A stretch of DNA of 64,000 nt from contig OX597829.1 of the NCBI GenBank assembly GCA_951406725.2, positions 54,994,001-55,058,000 of the forward strand, written 5' to 3'. Position numbers and translations under genes: made by a program. Each line of letters starts with the position of its first letter. Positions within the stretch are counted from its first letter, which is position 1. Shown here piece after piece: positions 25,901 to 39,190 of the stretch. The notes below the pieces were generated by a model, which saw nothing but the letters and a program-made list of their open reading frames with translations, was not told where the DNA came from and made no database searches. Source of the stretch: Octopus vulgaris (Eukaryota).

Positions 25901-26775
25901 CTGCTTCCATAGCCGAACAGGCCTAAACCCTGAAGTATTGGGACCTGACAGTAAACCACCGAAGTGCCAGGTGATGCTCGTGAGGGCACTTGGCTTTTCC
26001 AATTCCTTAGTTTCGCCATCGCCCATGGTTAATGCTGGTGTTATTCAGTAGGTTCCATTGAACCTTGTCGTGTGCGACCAACTGAATCACTTGGTGTTGA
26101 TTTGATGTTTTTTCTCCCGCTTATTTTTTTGTTTTCCTTTTTCTTTTGTAAAAACTTATAGAAGAATCATGACTATTGTTTAGGACTTTTATTTTAATGC
26201 AGTTTTGTATTATTCATGTATCATATACATACATGTTATATGTGTAATAAAAATATTGATGGTAATCACAGGCATTGGTGGAGGCTCAAAATGTAGGAAG
26301 TAGAGCTATTTTTACTGAATGTTTTGTAAGGCTTTCTGTAAAACTTTTGGATTAGTATATTTCATTCATTGATATTTTCATTATTTAATATTGTTCGATT
26401 GAGTACTTAAATTTCATTAATCATGTTTTTTTGGGGGGGTGGGGGGAATTTCTTGTTGATAAATAATACTAATGATGGCAGAAAATATATAACGATAGAA
26501 TGAAGGTTTATCTCATATGGGGAAATGACTGATGCAATGATGTTGATATCAATGTAAATATTGAATGCATACGTATGTGTGTGTATACAATGGGTTCCTT
26601 CTTTCAGTTTCTGTCCACCAAATCCTCTCGCGAGTCTTTGGTCAGCCAGGACCTATAGTAGATGACGCTTACCCATAGTGTCATGTAGTGGGACTGAACC
26701 CAAGACCCCATGATTGGAAAGCAAGCTTCTCAAACACCTGCTTACAACTATTCGTGTACCTTAATGTGTGTGTGT

Positions 26776-26995
26776 AGGTGCATGGCTTAGTGTTTAGGCC
26801 ATTGCTGTTCGCCTAAGATTGTGGTTTCATTTCCTGGACCAGGTGATGTGTTGTGTTCTTAAACAAGACACTCCAGTCCACTCAGCTGGCAAAAGTGAAT
26901 ATTCCTGTGACAGATCACCCTCCTGTCCAAGGGTATGGGGGAATATATATGCACAGAAACCTGCCTTACGATCCAATAGCTTGGGAAGGCCCTTT
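26776..26995 (+). mobile_element. Old tRNA-derived SINE with CORE-like and V-domain-like segments
   Basis: GGTGCATGGCTTAGTG head; CCACTCAGCTG; CCTGTGACAGATCACCCTCCTGTCCAAGGG. Confidence 0.55.
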
Positions 26996-27011
26996 ACATA
27001 TATATATATAT

Positions 27012-27880
27012 ATCTATATACATAAATGTGTATTGGTGTCTGTCTCTGTGTGTTTGGGGTTATTCTAACTCCTTCCACACCGTCCAACCGATTTTAATGA
27101 TTTTTTGGCACATAGGTAGATCACATGCCCTGATGTTCAAATAAGGCCAGAATTTTTCGTAAACTTGATAATGCTCAGTTGGCATCAATTTTTGTGAGCT
27201 CAATCAGGCGTTTGAATGCAAATTCCCCTAACAATGTTATTTTTCCTGCAGTTTTTGCATTTATTTCCGACTTTGATGAAAATCGATGAGTGACTGAGGC
27301 TCATGGCAGTGCGCTGATATCAGTATATGGCATCGACAAAAAATCGATAATTGCACCTCAGCAGTGGTTTTTATAAAATCAGTTGGCATTTTGCATGCTA
27401 ATATCCATAGGGATTTTATTTTTGGCCATAACTTTTATATTTTTTATCTGATGTTAATGAAATTTAAGATGTAGGTAAATTCTGCGGTGAGGGAGACGGT
27501 AAAGTTGTTTATTTAATTCAAAAGGGCACAAGTGCAAATAAGCATTTTCTTAGAAACATCCTTATCAATTTTGTAGAAATTTTACACATGATCACAGTTC
27601 ATGTCCATTAGTTGATGCCAGTACGATTAGTTGACAAAAAAATCGATCATTGTGTGTGAGCAGGGGATTTTAAGAAACCAATAGGCTTTTTGTATGCAAT
27701 TACCCATAGGATTAATATTTTATGCTGTAACTTTTAGAGAATTCATCCAATTTTGATGAAACTTTGCATTTAGGTAAAGTTTATGGCTGGAGTCATGTAG
27801 GAGGATTAAAATTAAACTGGTGAAAGGTAGAAACTGTCAAAATTCACTCACAATAAACTGATTTTGAAGAAAATTGACCC
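27012..27880 (+). mobile_element. Helitron/Helentron-type non-autonomous element with ~300-bp internal duplication
   Basis: 5' TCTATATACATAAA, GTCT stretch, CCAACCGATTTTAATGATTTTTTGGCACA motif; 27310-27480 is similar to 27610-27780. Confidence 0.5.
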
Positions 27881-28899
27881 ATGACACTGCCTTGAAGAAT
27901 TTTTAGTCAAATGAATAGACACCAGTACTTATTTTTTTAAAGATTGGTGCTTATTTTATTGGTCTCTTTCACTGAACTGCTAAGTTATGAGAACATAAAC
28001 ACTGGTTGTCAAGTGGTGGTGGATTATAAACACACATACACACATACAGATACGAATATATTATGTAAATATGGTAAAATCCAAGCTGTGTCCTCTCGAA
28101 TCATCTGCTTATTTCAGTTTTACAATCCAGTATGCATTTTTTGTATTGATGTGACGTACATATCAGAGTTGAAAATTCTGGAAATATTGTTTGTAGAATT
28201 ATTACATAACACAACAAGAAATTGGAAAATTTTTGGTATTATCTATTCACTCTTATATGTATTTCATTTGCTTATAGGAATTGCAAAGTTGTACATGTTG
28301 GACAAACATGTAGGAAATTTTAGAAATTCTTCAGACAGATAATCAAATAATACAAAATTTATATTTGTGATTATTCCTATTAGCAAATGAAATGTTTATA
28401 ATGGTAAATTTAATAATGGTAAAAAATTTCCAACTTCATGTTTTGCTTTATATACACACATGATGAGCTTTCAATTTCTATGAAATCTACTCACAAGGTT
28501 TTGGTCAGCCCAAGGTTCCTCACTGTAGGACTGAACCTAGAACTTGAACCATGTGGTTGAAAAGCAAGCTTCTTACCACACAGCCATGCTTGCACCTATA
28601 TAAAGAATTGTTTTTCTTTCTTTTTTTCTAAATTATTATTCTTGTCTAATTACTGGTATTGAAACAGTGGTACATTTATCCAGGTTTTATTGCTATGAAA
28701 TTTATCAAACATTTGAACTTTTATCATTTCCTATCGCTATGAAACTTATTGAATGTTTTAAAGCTTTTCCATTACTTTAATGTGCAGTAAAGCAAAATGT
28801 ATTTTATTTTCAAGTTAATACTTTTTTCTTTTCATAATTACACAGTTGTATAATAAACATCATAGTTTAGAATTTTACACGTATATATATATATATATA

Positions 28900-29095
28900 T
28901 TCTTTTCTACTCTAGGCACAAGACCCAAAATTTTGGGGGAGGGGGCCAGTTGAATAGATCAACCCCAGTACACAACTGGTACTTAGTTTATTGACCCTGA
29001 AAAGATGAAAGGCCAAATTGACCTTGGCGAAATTTGAACTCAGAAAGTAAAGACAGACAAAATACCGCTAGGCATTCTGCCAGCTCATTGCCTTT
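28900..29095 (-). mobile_element. SINE family B variant
   Basis: CTGGTACTTAGTTTATTGACCCTGAAAAGATGAAAGGC...AATTTGAACTCAG. Confidence 0.75.
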
Positions 29096-29177
29096 TATAC
29101 ATACATATGTTATATGGAGTAACTTTACATTAAAGAGTAGAACATATAATTTCTCATGATCCCTGCAGACTTAAATT

Positions 29178-29295
29178 TTAACCCTTTACCATTTAAACTG
29201 GCCATATCCAGCCCAAATATTCTATCTGCTTTGTGTCCAAACTGGCCTGATCTGACCTCTCACACCTACCCTACAATGTTATTCTAAAAATATAC
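29178..29295. mobile_element. piggyBac-like MITE end
   Basis: TTAACCCTTT...; matches 4150-4250 plus 4686-4711 in reverse. Confidence 0.6.
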
Positions 29296-29304
29296 ACAAT
29301 TGAT

Positions 29305-29648
29305 GTCAGGACTACCTGACTGGCCCCCATGCCGGTGGCACGTAAAAAGCACGATTTGAACGTGGTCAATGCCAGTACCCCCTGTCTGGCTCTTCTGCCG
29401 ATGGCACGTAAGAAGCACTATCTGAACGTGATCGATGCCGGGCCTGCTTGACTGGCTGCTGTGTTGGTGGTACATAAAAAGTATCAACTACACTCTCGGA
29501 GTGGTTGGCATTAGGAAGGACATCCAGCTGTAGAAACATTGCCAGATCAGATTGGAGCCTGGTGCAGCTGCTGGCTCTCCAGACCTCACTTAACCCATCC
29601 AACCCATGCCAGCATGGAAAATGGATGTTAAACGATGATGATGATGAT
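29305..29648 (+). mobile_element. RTE 3'UTR copy
   Basis: GCCGGTGGCACG subrepeats and (GAT)n tail. Confidence 0.85.
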
Positions 29649-29691
29649 AAAAATCACATCATCATAATCTTGAAGCTTTTTAGGTAATGCA

Positions 29692-30100
29692 TCAATCAAC
29701 ATCAATGGAATTTGTAGCTGTGATACCAGTGCCGGTGGCACGTAAGAGGACCGTCCGAACGTGGTCGTAGCCAGCGCTGCATCGACTGGCCTCCGTGCTG
29801 GTGGCACGTAACAAACACCATCTGATCATGGCCGTTGCCAGCCTCGCCTGGCCTCCGTGCCGGTGGCATGTAAAAGGCAACATCTGTGCGTGGCCGTTCG
29901 CCAGCCTCATCTGGCACCTGTGTCGGTGGCACGTAAAAAGCACCTACTACACTCACGGAGTGGTTGGCATTAGGAAGGGCATCCAGCTGTAGAAACACTG
30001 CCAGATCTGATGCCTGGTGCAGCCTTCGGGCTTCCCAGACCCCAGTTGAACTGTCCAACCCATGCTAGCATGGAGAATGGACGTTATACGATGATGATGA
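29692..30100 (+). mobile_element. RTE 3'UTR copy
   Basis: Same family as 12378 and 61238. Confidence 0.85.
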
Positions 30101-30748
30101 ATGTGAATAAATAAGCATTGCATTTGACAGAATGATCCGAATGCTAAATGGTTAATCATAAATTTTAATCTTAGATTTTATGCCATGAAACCTATTGTGC
30201 ATTTTAATTTCTTGAGCATGATTTATTGCCATGGAGTTTTCTCCTGTGCATTCCAGGATCTTTTAAACTTTTATTTTGTCTTTTTCGTAATTTTTATTTT
30301 TATTTACCATTGAAGAACAAAAAAGTTATTGAAACCAGTATGGTATTTTTAATACATTTAAAAAAACTAAAATACGTACAATTTTCAAGACTCAGGTGCA
30401 TTTTCAACTGCAAGCCAATTTTCCTCCTCCTCCTCCTCCTCCTGATTATCACCATCATCATCATCAATTCAACATCCATTTCTCCATCCTTACATGGGTC
30501 AGACAAAATTTTGTTGAGGTGGATTTTCTATGGCTGGACACCCTTCCTGTCACCAATCCTCACCTGTTTTAAGTCAGGTAATATTTGCCCATGACCAGAG
30601 ATGTTTTAAAAAAAGTTTGAAAATGAAAAACACGGCTTTCATGAATGACTGCTATTCATTTACAACTATCATTTGGCATTGTAAATAAGTGCCAGAACAA
30701 TTAAATATCAAAACAGCAGATTGCAAAATAAATTGTGATGTTATTCAT

Positions 30749-30827
30749 CATTACATGTGTTTCATTTGCTAAAAGGAGTTACAAAACGGTACATGTCGGA
30801 TATCTCCTTTTAGAAATTCTTCAGACA
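30749..30827 (-). ncRNA. Hammerhead ribozyme-like motif
   Basis: Minus: TGT-CTGAAGA-ATTTCTAAAAGGAG...CTCCTTTTAGCAAAT-GAAAC-ACAT-GTA-ATG; a more decayed paralog lies at ~28250-28338. Confidence 0.65.
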
Positions 30828-30964
30828 GAAAATCAAATTAATACAAAATTTACATTTGGATGAAGCCTTTATTTATAGTCAGTAATCAGGTGTCACATAG
30901 ATAGTTGGAAGGGGAGAGAGAGAGTAAGAGATTGAGCTAGTAAATGTACATATACACATAATCA

Positions 30965-31025
<61 letters not shown>

Positions 31026-31026
31026 A

Positions 31027-31370
31027 TAGGCATGGCTGTGTGGTAAGAAGCTTGCTCCCAACCACATATTTCCAGGTTCAGTCCCACTGGGGAAAGTGTC
31101 TTTTACAATAGCCTCAGGCCAACCAAGGCCTTGTGAATGGATTTGGTAGACAGAAACTGAAAGAAACTTGTCATATATATATATGTGTGTGTGTGTATGT
31201 ATATACCTATATGTGTCCCCGTAACTTAGTGGTTCAGCAAAAGAGACCAATAGAATAAGCACTAGGCTTTAAAAAAATAAGTCCTTGCGGTCAATTTGTT
31301 TGACTAAAACCCTTTAAGGTGATGCTCTGGCTTGGCTACAGTCAAATGACTGAAGCAAGTAAAAGAATAT
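31027..31370 (+). mobile_element. SINE family A
   Basis: Head and tail similarity to other copies. Confidence 0.8.
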
Positions 31371-31424
31371 ATATATAGACAGTTGTATATATATATGTGC
31401 ACATATATAATATACGAACACTCT

Positions 31425-31730
31425 GCTGGATATACAATGTCAGTGTACATGTGTAACAGCGCGCTGGTGTATTGAGGTAAAAGTTGGGCAAAAGAAGAAT
31501 TAGATGCAGTGTTCAAGAGAGAAGACTGTGCTGGTTTGGTCATGTGATGTATATGGACGTAGACAGCTGCATGCAGAAGTGCTGACCACTTAAAGTGGGT
31601 GGAATTTGTGAAAGAGGGAGACCCAGGAAGACATGGGACAAAGTACTGAAACTTGATCTCAAGACACCAGGCCTTACAAAGGAGATGACTAAGGACCAAG
31701 ATATCGAGAAGATCTGCCTGCTACAGTAGA
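31425..31730 (+). mobile_element. RTE ORF C-terminal fragment
   Basis: VQERRLCWFGHV...CERGRPRKTWDKVLKLDLKTPGLTKEMTKD. Confidence 0.8.
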
Positions 31731-31789
31731 ATCGATACTGGTGCTGGTGCCATGATATAATGTTTGATATCTCTATGACCTTTGTCATA

Positions 31790-32122
31790 GTCCACTGTGT
31801 TTCATAAAGAACGCAAGATATATGACACTCGTGTTCTCTAGGACAGGAGTGCAATATATTGGAGCTGTTGAAGGAAAATTTAAATCTAGGTATAACAACC
31901 ATTTTTCAAATTTGTCTAATCTGGAAGCTTAAAGATGAAGGGACCAGTTTTGACATCAAATCTAGACCCTATTTTAATGGGTCTAAAAAATATTCAAGGT
32001 GTTCTCTTGAAAAACTGTATCTATTAAAAACTTTGAGAACCTCCAAAGAATGCATAAATTTGAGGAATGAGATTTTTTCTGTATGTTCACATTTCAAGAA
32101 ATATATCTGCCAGAATTTATAA
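31790..32122 (+). mobile_element. Penelope-like GIY-YIG endonuclease fragment
   Basis: QYIGAVEGKFKSRYNNH / IWKLKD..PYFNGSKKYSRCSLEK..NLRNEIFSVCSH. Confidence 0.8.
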
Positions 32123-32641
32123 GAAGATCACTGGACACTCAGTAAATGACTAACATCTGGATCACATTTAATTATTGTAACATTGGTTATCTCCCTTGTG
32201 TTTTTCTTCCTGTCTTCTTTACAAGTTTCTCTTTAAACGTTATCTGCTCAAAAAAGCAACAGACAAATGGTCTTGTTTTCAGCTTGATAAGTGACAGAAT
32301 AAATTATTATTTCAAGCTAGGAAACCCTGGGTAGCTGTATTTACAAGATTTGTGATTTTTTATTTTAAGATTATCTTTACTCTCTTAGCTGACTGAGTGC
32401 TTTTCTACTTCTTGAAGCATTACCACATAACACACACATGTATGTATGTGTGTGTATATATATATTAGATTATAAAACGAATGGTATATATCTGGTAGCT
32501 TACTGATAAAGTACATTCACTTTCACAGTGTTCATGGTTTATCTCGTTAATGAGATGCTAGATGGGTTGAAACAATTGTAGTGGTTAATAAAAATTCTAT
32601 CTTCCATCTTCTGTCTCTCTCATTAACCAAATATATGTGTG

Positions 32642-32673
<32 letters not shown>

Positions 32674-33225
32674 TACACATCTATGTATATATGATGTATA
32701 TTGGTGCTGGTGCCACATACAAAGCACCCAGTACATTCTGTAAAACAGTTGGCATCAGGAAGAGCATCCGGCAGTAGAAACCATCCCAAAGTAGGCAGTG
32801 GAGCCTGGTATGTTTACTGAATTTGACAACTTGAATGTCAAACCATTCAACCCATGCCAGCATGAAAAACGGATGTTAAATGATGACATGCACACATGCA
32901 TGTCTTTTATCTCTTACTTTCAGTTATTTCACTGCGGCCATGCTGGGGCAGTGCTTTGAAGGTTTTAGTTGAACAAAATCATTAACCCCAGGACTTTTCT
33001 TTTAAGTCTTGTACTTATCCTGTTGGTCTCTTTTGCCAAACTGCTAAATCCACAAAGGGGAAACTCTCTGAGCATATGTTGATCATAACAACACCTCATA
33101 TTCTGTCTTACCACAAGTCTCGTCTGATGACCAGCTTGTGATAAACATCATAATTATAGTGAAGGTGAAAAAAGAAGGCAATGTTTGATTTTTCAGCATA
33201 GCCAACTGTTTTTCTTGCACTTCAT

Positions 33226-33500
33226 CTCCTTTTACTTGTTTCAGTCATTTGACTGTGGTCATGCTGGAGCACCACCTTTAGTTGAAGAAATTGACCCCCC
33301 AGGACTTACTTATTTTTGTAAGCCTAGTACTTATTCTATCGGTCTCTTTTGTTGAACCTCTAAGTGATGAGGATGTAAACACACCGGCATCGGTTGTCAA
33401 GCGATGTTGGGGGACAAACATATACACACACATATATACATATATACGACAGGCTTCTTTCAGTTTCCGTCTACCAAATCCACTCACAAGGCTTTGGTTG
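33226..33500 (-). mobile_element. SINE family A, 5' truncated
   Basis: Tail and body match the family. Confidence 0.8.
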
Positions 33501-34280
33501 TCCTGAGTATGATAAAGGCTGTAAAATGATCATTGTTATATGGATACATAAATATATCCGTCTGATACCTCCTGACTTATTTTATATTTTATACACTCCT
33601 AATGAAATAATCATGACTAATTGGATTTCAACTGCATTGAACTATACATCACGTCCCTTTGGTTTGCTCTGTGGTTTATAGTCTGATCTATTAAAGGAGC
33701 TTTCTTGAGAATACCACTGGATTAGTTAAATCCCTACACTGTCCTTTTCAATTCTATTTCACTATTATCAGTATTTTCTGTTTCATTAAATTATGTCAAC
33801 CAAGATCCCCAAAGAATATTTTTCTCCTTCATGTTTTTATCCCTCACCACCCCTAACTCTGGCCCCCTCTTTCTCTGCCTCACTCTGTTTCGATTACCAC
33901 TTGCTTCATCAACAATTCCCCTTCCTCCATCACCTGACCTTATATAAACTAGCGAATGCACTCGGATTCCCCTACTACATTTTAATAACTCCCCCCAAAG
34001 AATATGAATCCAGAAGACGCGCTTGTCTAATTTTGCCATCTTGCGGTACGCCCGCCCTCCAAGACCCCCACCACATATACTGGAAGTCCCTATCCCATGT
34101 CATCCTTTGGTTGTCTCCCATGAACACTTCTAAAGGCTTTACACTATCCCCACCCCTACTTAGGGTTTATCTGCTATGTAAGGTGGTGATCATATAGTGC
34201 ATAAAAATAATGGTGTAGTGTATGCATCTTGAAGGCTATTGTTTCCTTATGAATTCTGCCAAATGTGAGCTTTCTTTTCA

Positions 34281-36215
34281 GGTACATGATGCTGCTGTCC
34301 CCCATCCTCGGGTCTCATGGGCCTACACCTCCCACATTCTCAGAGTTGGCACACTGAAAGGTAGGTCTGGTGAGATTGTTGAGATGCTCAAACGGAGACG
34401 TGTAGATTTGTGCTGCCTCTAAGAAGTAAGGTGGAGAGGCAGTTCTGCTAGATTCCTCACGGGTAAAGAACACAGGTACAAGATTTTCTGGGCTGAGAAC
34501 ACTGATGGGCGTCTGAGTGCGGGTATACTTCTTGCTGAGAAATGGGTTGATAAGGTAGTCAGAGTGTGTGATAGAATACTTAAGATTAGATTAGTGCTAC
34601 ATTATGAGTTAGCAACCATTATCTTAGCCTATGCACCTCAGCCAGGGCTACCTCATGGACACAAAGACTGATTTTATGACACCCTCATGTAGACTACTTC
34701 GCTGACAAATAGCAGGGACCTTCTCTTCATGGCTGGGGACTTCAATGGACATGTTGGACAACATGCAGGGGGTTCCATAGTTTACATGGAGGCTATGGTT
34801 TTGGTTCCCGCAATAAGGAGGAAACCAGGCTGCTGGAGTTCTGCGATGCAAATGCTCTTATGGTTTGCAAAACCAACTTCAGGAATCCCGCCTGTCACCT
34901 AGTCACCTACCATTCTGGCAGACACACTAGCCGAATTGACTACATCCTTGCCAGGAAAAGGGAAAGAAGGCTGCTTATATATGCCAAAACCTTCCCAGGC
35001 GAAGAATGTACACCACAATATAGACCAGTAATTAGTGACTTCAGGATCAGGGCTAAATGGCTGCCCAAAAGACCAGCTTGGAGGAGAAGGGTCTGGAAGC
35101 TTAAAGATTCTGCAAATGGTCAGAGTTTTTAGAGACATATTACTCGAAGCCTTTAACAAAATAGAAGGGAAGAAAGCATAAAATAATGTGGAAGACAACT
35201 GGAGGTTTGTACGGGACAACTTCCTGAGAGCCACTGACCAGATCTGAGGATGGTGCAAAGACCACTCTTGACCCAAGGTAACGTGGTGGTGGAACAATGT
35301 TGTTGACAGAGCCATTAGAGAAAAGAAACAGGCTTGGAAGGACTGGAGGAACGGTGGTAGCAGGGAATTGTATCAGACTGCCAGAACTGAAGCTAGGAGA
35401 CAGGTTTATTTAGCCAGAGGGGAAGCAGATAAGAAAAAATTTGCCAATGTTCTGCGCCATGAGGACCAAAGACTTGAAGTATTTCGTGTTGCAAGACAGT
35501 GTGTGAGAGAGAATCGTGATGTCGTAGGAGAGAAATGCACCCACATGTATGATGGTTCACTTGCATTAAACGAGGCTGCAAAGAGAGAGGTTTGGAGATG
35601 CCACTATGAAAGGTTGCTGAATGAAGAAAATGAATGGGAGAAAGAGAGTCTGCCAAATGTCGACCCAACAGAGGGACCTGTTATCCAAGTTGACAGTACC
35701 TTGGTAGATAAAGCAATCAAGAATATGAAGACAGGGAAAGCCCCTGGCCCATCAGGAATCACTGCAGAGATGCTCAAAATATCTGGCGGTGTTGGCTATA
35801 GCCTAGTCACCTGCATAGTTAACCAGGTGATACACGAAGGAGTCATACCCAATGAGTGGTGTAGCAGCTTAATAGTCAACTGCTACAAAGGTAAAGGTGA
35901 CACTTTAGATACAAATAATTACAGAGGTATCAAGTTGTTGGATCAGGTAATGAAGGTCACAGAGAGGGTCATAGCCCAACTAATTAGGGAGAGAGTCAGT
36001 TTAGATGAGACGCAGTTTGGGTTCGTGCCAGGGAAAAGCACCACTGATGCTATATTCCTGGTAAGACAGCTGCAAGAGAAATACCTAGCCAAAGATAAAC
36101 CTCTGTACCTGGCTTTCATTGACATGGAGAAAGCCTTTGACAGGGTCCCCTGATCCCTTATCTGGTGGTCAACGCAGAAACTAGGGATAGATGAATGGTT
36201 CATGAGAGCAGTACA
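34281..36215 (+). mobile_element. RTE LINE (APE and RT N-half), 3' truncated, with stops
   Basis: VGTLKGRSGEIVEML; AYAPQ; GDFNGHVG; IDYIL; ORF 35368-36153 with GKAPGPSGI, NYRGIKLL, QFGFVPGKSTTDAIF, FIDMEKAFDRVP. Confidence 0.95.
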
Positions 36216-37154
36216 GATTTATCTCAAATACAAAAGATAAAATCAACTCATTTTATATTTGATGAGTAAACTGGAAAAGAGAACTTACAAAATATTTTAT
36301 TAAAAATTCCTTCATAGAAAAAATTCTGTGAAAAAGTCCAATAAAAACCCACAAAAAGTACTTTGTTTGGAAAATATTTAGCTGTTGAAATGTAAATCTC
36401 TAAACAGTATATTCCATTGATGCACCTTAAAAAGGTTAATTGCAATCAATCATACAATCAAAAGTCAAATATAAAACCAAAGAATATATTTTGCACCCAA
36501 GGTGACCCTCCAAAACAAATTACACGAACATACATAAACAGGAGATACAGATATTACAGGCACTTCCCCCCACACAGACACCAACTAAACATAGATACAC
36601 ATAGAGGTATACGCATGCGCAAATGAAGACACATACAATAGGAATACAAAATGCAAAATGGCTGATCGTTAGTAAGGAGAGGCACACAAATAAGAAAGAA
36701 GAAAGCAAAGGACCACTGATGAGGTCACAGGAGTGTGAAGAACTCTGGCTGAAATAAGATTAAGATTAATGTAAAAAATAAATAACGCTGAAGCAAAGTA
36801 ACACCAAATATATAGTGCGTTTGTTTTTATTGGCTAAACTGGCAAAATGACCATTCCTAAATACAACAACATCTGTTTCAACACACAATTTCACATCAAG
36901 AATCTTGCAAAATAAATATATAGACGTAGCATTCAATAAATAGATATAAATGAATGTTTACTGGGTGAGGTTTGTCAGTAAATTTCTAATTTACCCCCAC
37001 CAATACCTAATACCCAACTGCAATATTGCCATGCAATAGTAAGCACTTGGTTATAAATCATTAGACAGTTTCTTAACCTCTAACTCATACAGATATATAT
37101 ATATATAATGTATATACATATATATATGTATGTATATATATATATATATATACA

Positions 37155-37422
37155 TGCCAGCCTCACCTGGCCCCCGTGCCGGTGGCACATAAAAGCACCA
37201 TCCGTCCGTGGCCGTTTGCCAGCTCCGTCTGGCACCTGTGCGGGTGGCACGTAAAAAGCACCCACTACACTCACGGAGTGGTTGGCGTTAGGAAGGGCAT
37301 CCAGCCGTAGAAACACTACCAGATCAGACTGGGCCTGATGCAGCCTTCTGGCTTCACAGACCCCAGTTGAACCGTCCAACCCATGCTAGCATGGAAAGCG
37401 GACGCTAAATGATGATGATGAT
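37155..37422 (+). mobile_element. RTE 3'UTR copy
   Basis: Family match and (GAT)n tail. Confidence 0.85.
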
Positions 37423-37555
37423 ATATAATGTATATACATATATATATGTATATATATATATATACACACACATATATATATGTATATATACATATATATG
37501 TATATATACATATATATGTATATATATACATACATATATATATATGTATATATAT

Positions 37556-37640
<85 letters not shown>

Positions 37641-37642
<2 letters not shown>

Positions 37643-38146
37643 GGGCAAAAGAAAAAATTTCTGATGCCAAAATATGCCGAAAATATACACAACATCAATA
37701 ACCATGTGATTTATCACTACAAGCACGTGTTTCAAAGAAAGCCAACAGAAATTTCTAAAAAATCCCGTTATTACCAACCTTCTCTTCATCAGTGATAAAT
37801 GCGGGAAAGAAATAAGTGAAATACTTACTTATACCCATGGAAGAAGCGAACACTAAGGCACAAGCACAATTAAGTACCCCAAATATATCCAAAATAGAAA
37901 CTCTCTAGCACACCTCGAGACACGTGCAATTCAAACCAAAAAGCTCTCTTAAAGTGAGAGAGTCTGGAAATGAACACTATTAAATTAACATCTAATTTAG
38001 GATAAAATTTTTCGAAAATGATTCTATCAATGGCCAGAATATTAAAAAATACCTTTAAAGGTTAAATTTATAAACAATTTATAGGTAAGGGCAAAAGAAA
38101 AAATTTCTAATGCCAAAATATGCTGAAAATAGACACAACGTCAATA
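37641..38146 (-). mobile_element. Penelope-like terminal unit with 57-bp direct repeats and a hammerhead-like motif (37709-37800)
   Basis: GGGCAAAAGAAAAAATTTCT..CAAT at 37643 and 38089; minus strand ATTTATCA-CTGATGA-AGAGAAGG...CTTTCTTT-GAAAC..GTA-GTGATAAAT. Confidence 0.65.
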
Positions 38147-38154
38147 TATATATG

Positions 38155-38758
38155 TATCCTTAAATCCTTAAAAATGTTTCAGCCAGAAAGCTGCGGCCAT
38201 GCTGGGGCACCACTGTTGAATGAGCTACACTAGTATGTGAAACTACCTCTGATACGTGGCACTTGGTCAACAAGGGAGTTCATTGACGACGCTCGCATTT
38301 GTGTTTCCTGCCAAGAGGTAAGTTCATCTGGAACCCCTGACAAGAAGAGATCCAGTTTAGTTTTAAAGAAACCTACATCCACACCATGCAGGTCTCTCAG
38401 GCATTTAGGAAAGATATTGAAGTGATGTGGTCTCCTGAAACGCAAGCTGTTGCAGCATCTGGTCTTGTATTTTGATGGTGATGTTGGGATCTTTGGCACC
38501 ATGCAGTGGCGCCCCGTTCTGCTGTTGCAGTAACTTTCAATGCCAAAATTTGGGACAAGACCATCCAGGACTTTCCAGATGTATATCACTGCATATCTCT
38601 CCTGCCTTCACTCCAGGGAGAAGAGTTTTAATACTTTCAATCTTTCCCAGTAGCTTATATGTTGCATTGAGACAATATTCTTAGTGTAACTTCGTTGGAT
38701 TGCTTCGAGTTCTGCTGTTAACTGTTTTTTGTGTGGAGACCATAGTTGGGAGCAGTAG
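38155..38758 (-). mobile_element. CR1-group LINE 3' end
   Basis: [47 protein letters not shown]; 3' stem-loop and (TTAAGGAT) tail. Confidence 0.9.
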
Positions 38759-38807
38759 TATATACACACACACATATATATATATACACATATATATATA
38801 TATATGC

Positions 38808-38862
<55 letters not shown>

Positions 38863-38863
38863 C

Positions 38864-38918
<55 letters not shown>

Positions 38919-39149
38919 TATATATATACAAATTACCTGAGTCATTCTTGTTGCTTATTTTGATTATAATCACCCCACGGATTTTTATGGATAATACCAT
39001 ACAGAATTCTGGTGCATCCAACTTAAGTACCATATTCATTTGAATCTAAATTTTGCTGAACTTATATATATATATATATGAGCACCTATTAATAATAATA
39101 CTGTAATTGTTCCACGTGTTGTTGTTTTTTCTGTTTTCCCGTTTGGATT

Positions 39150-39190
<41 letters not shown>

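Noticed and set aside
35368-36153. 261-aa ORF as a functional gene
   Set aside because: It is an internal piece of an RTE ORF with upstream stops, truncated before the YADD motif.
36711-36765. CTGATGA...GAAA hammerhead candidate (also 33114 and 32389)
   Set aside because: No convincing stem I or stem III.
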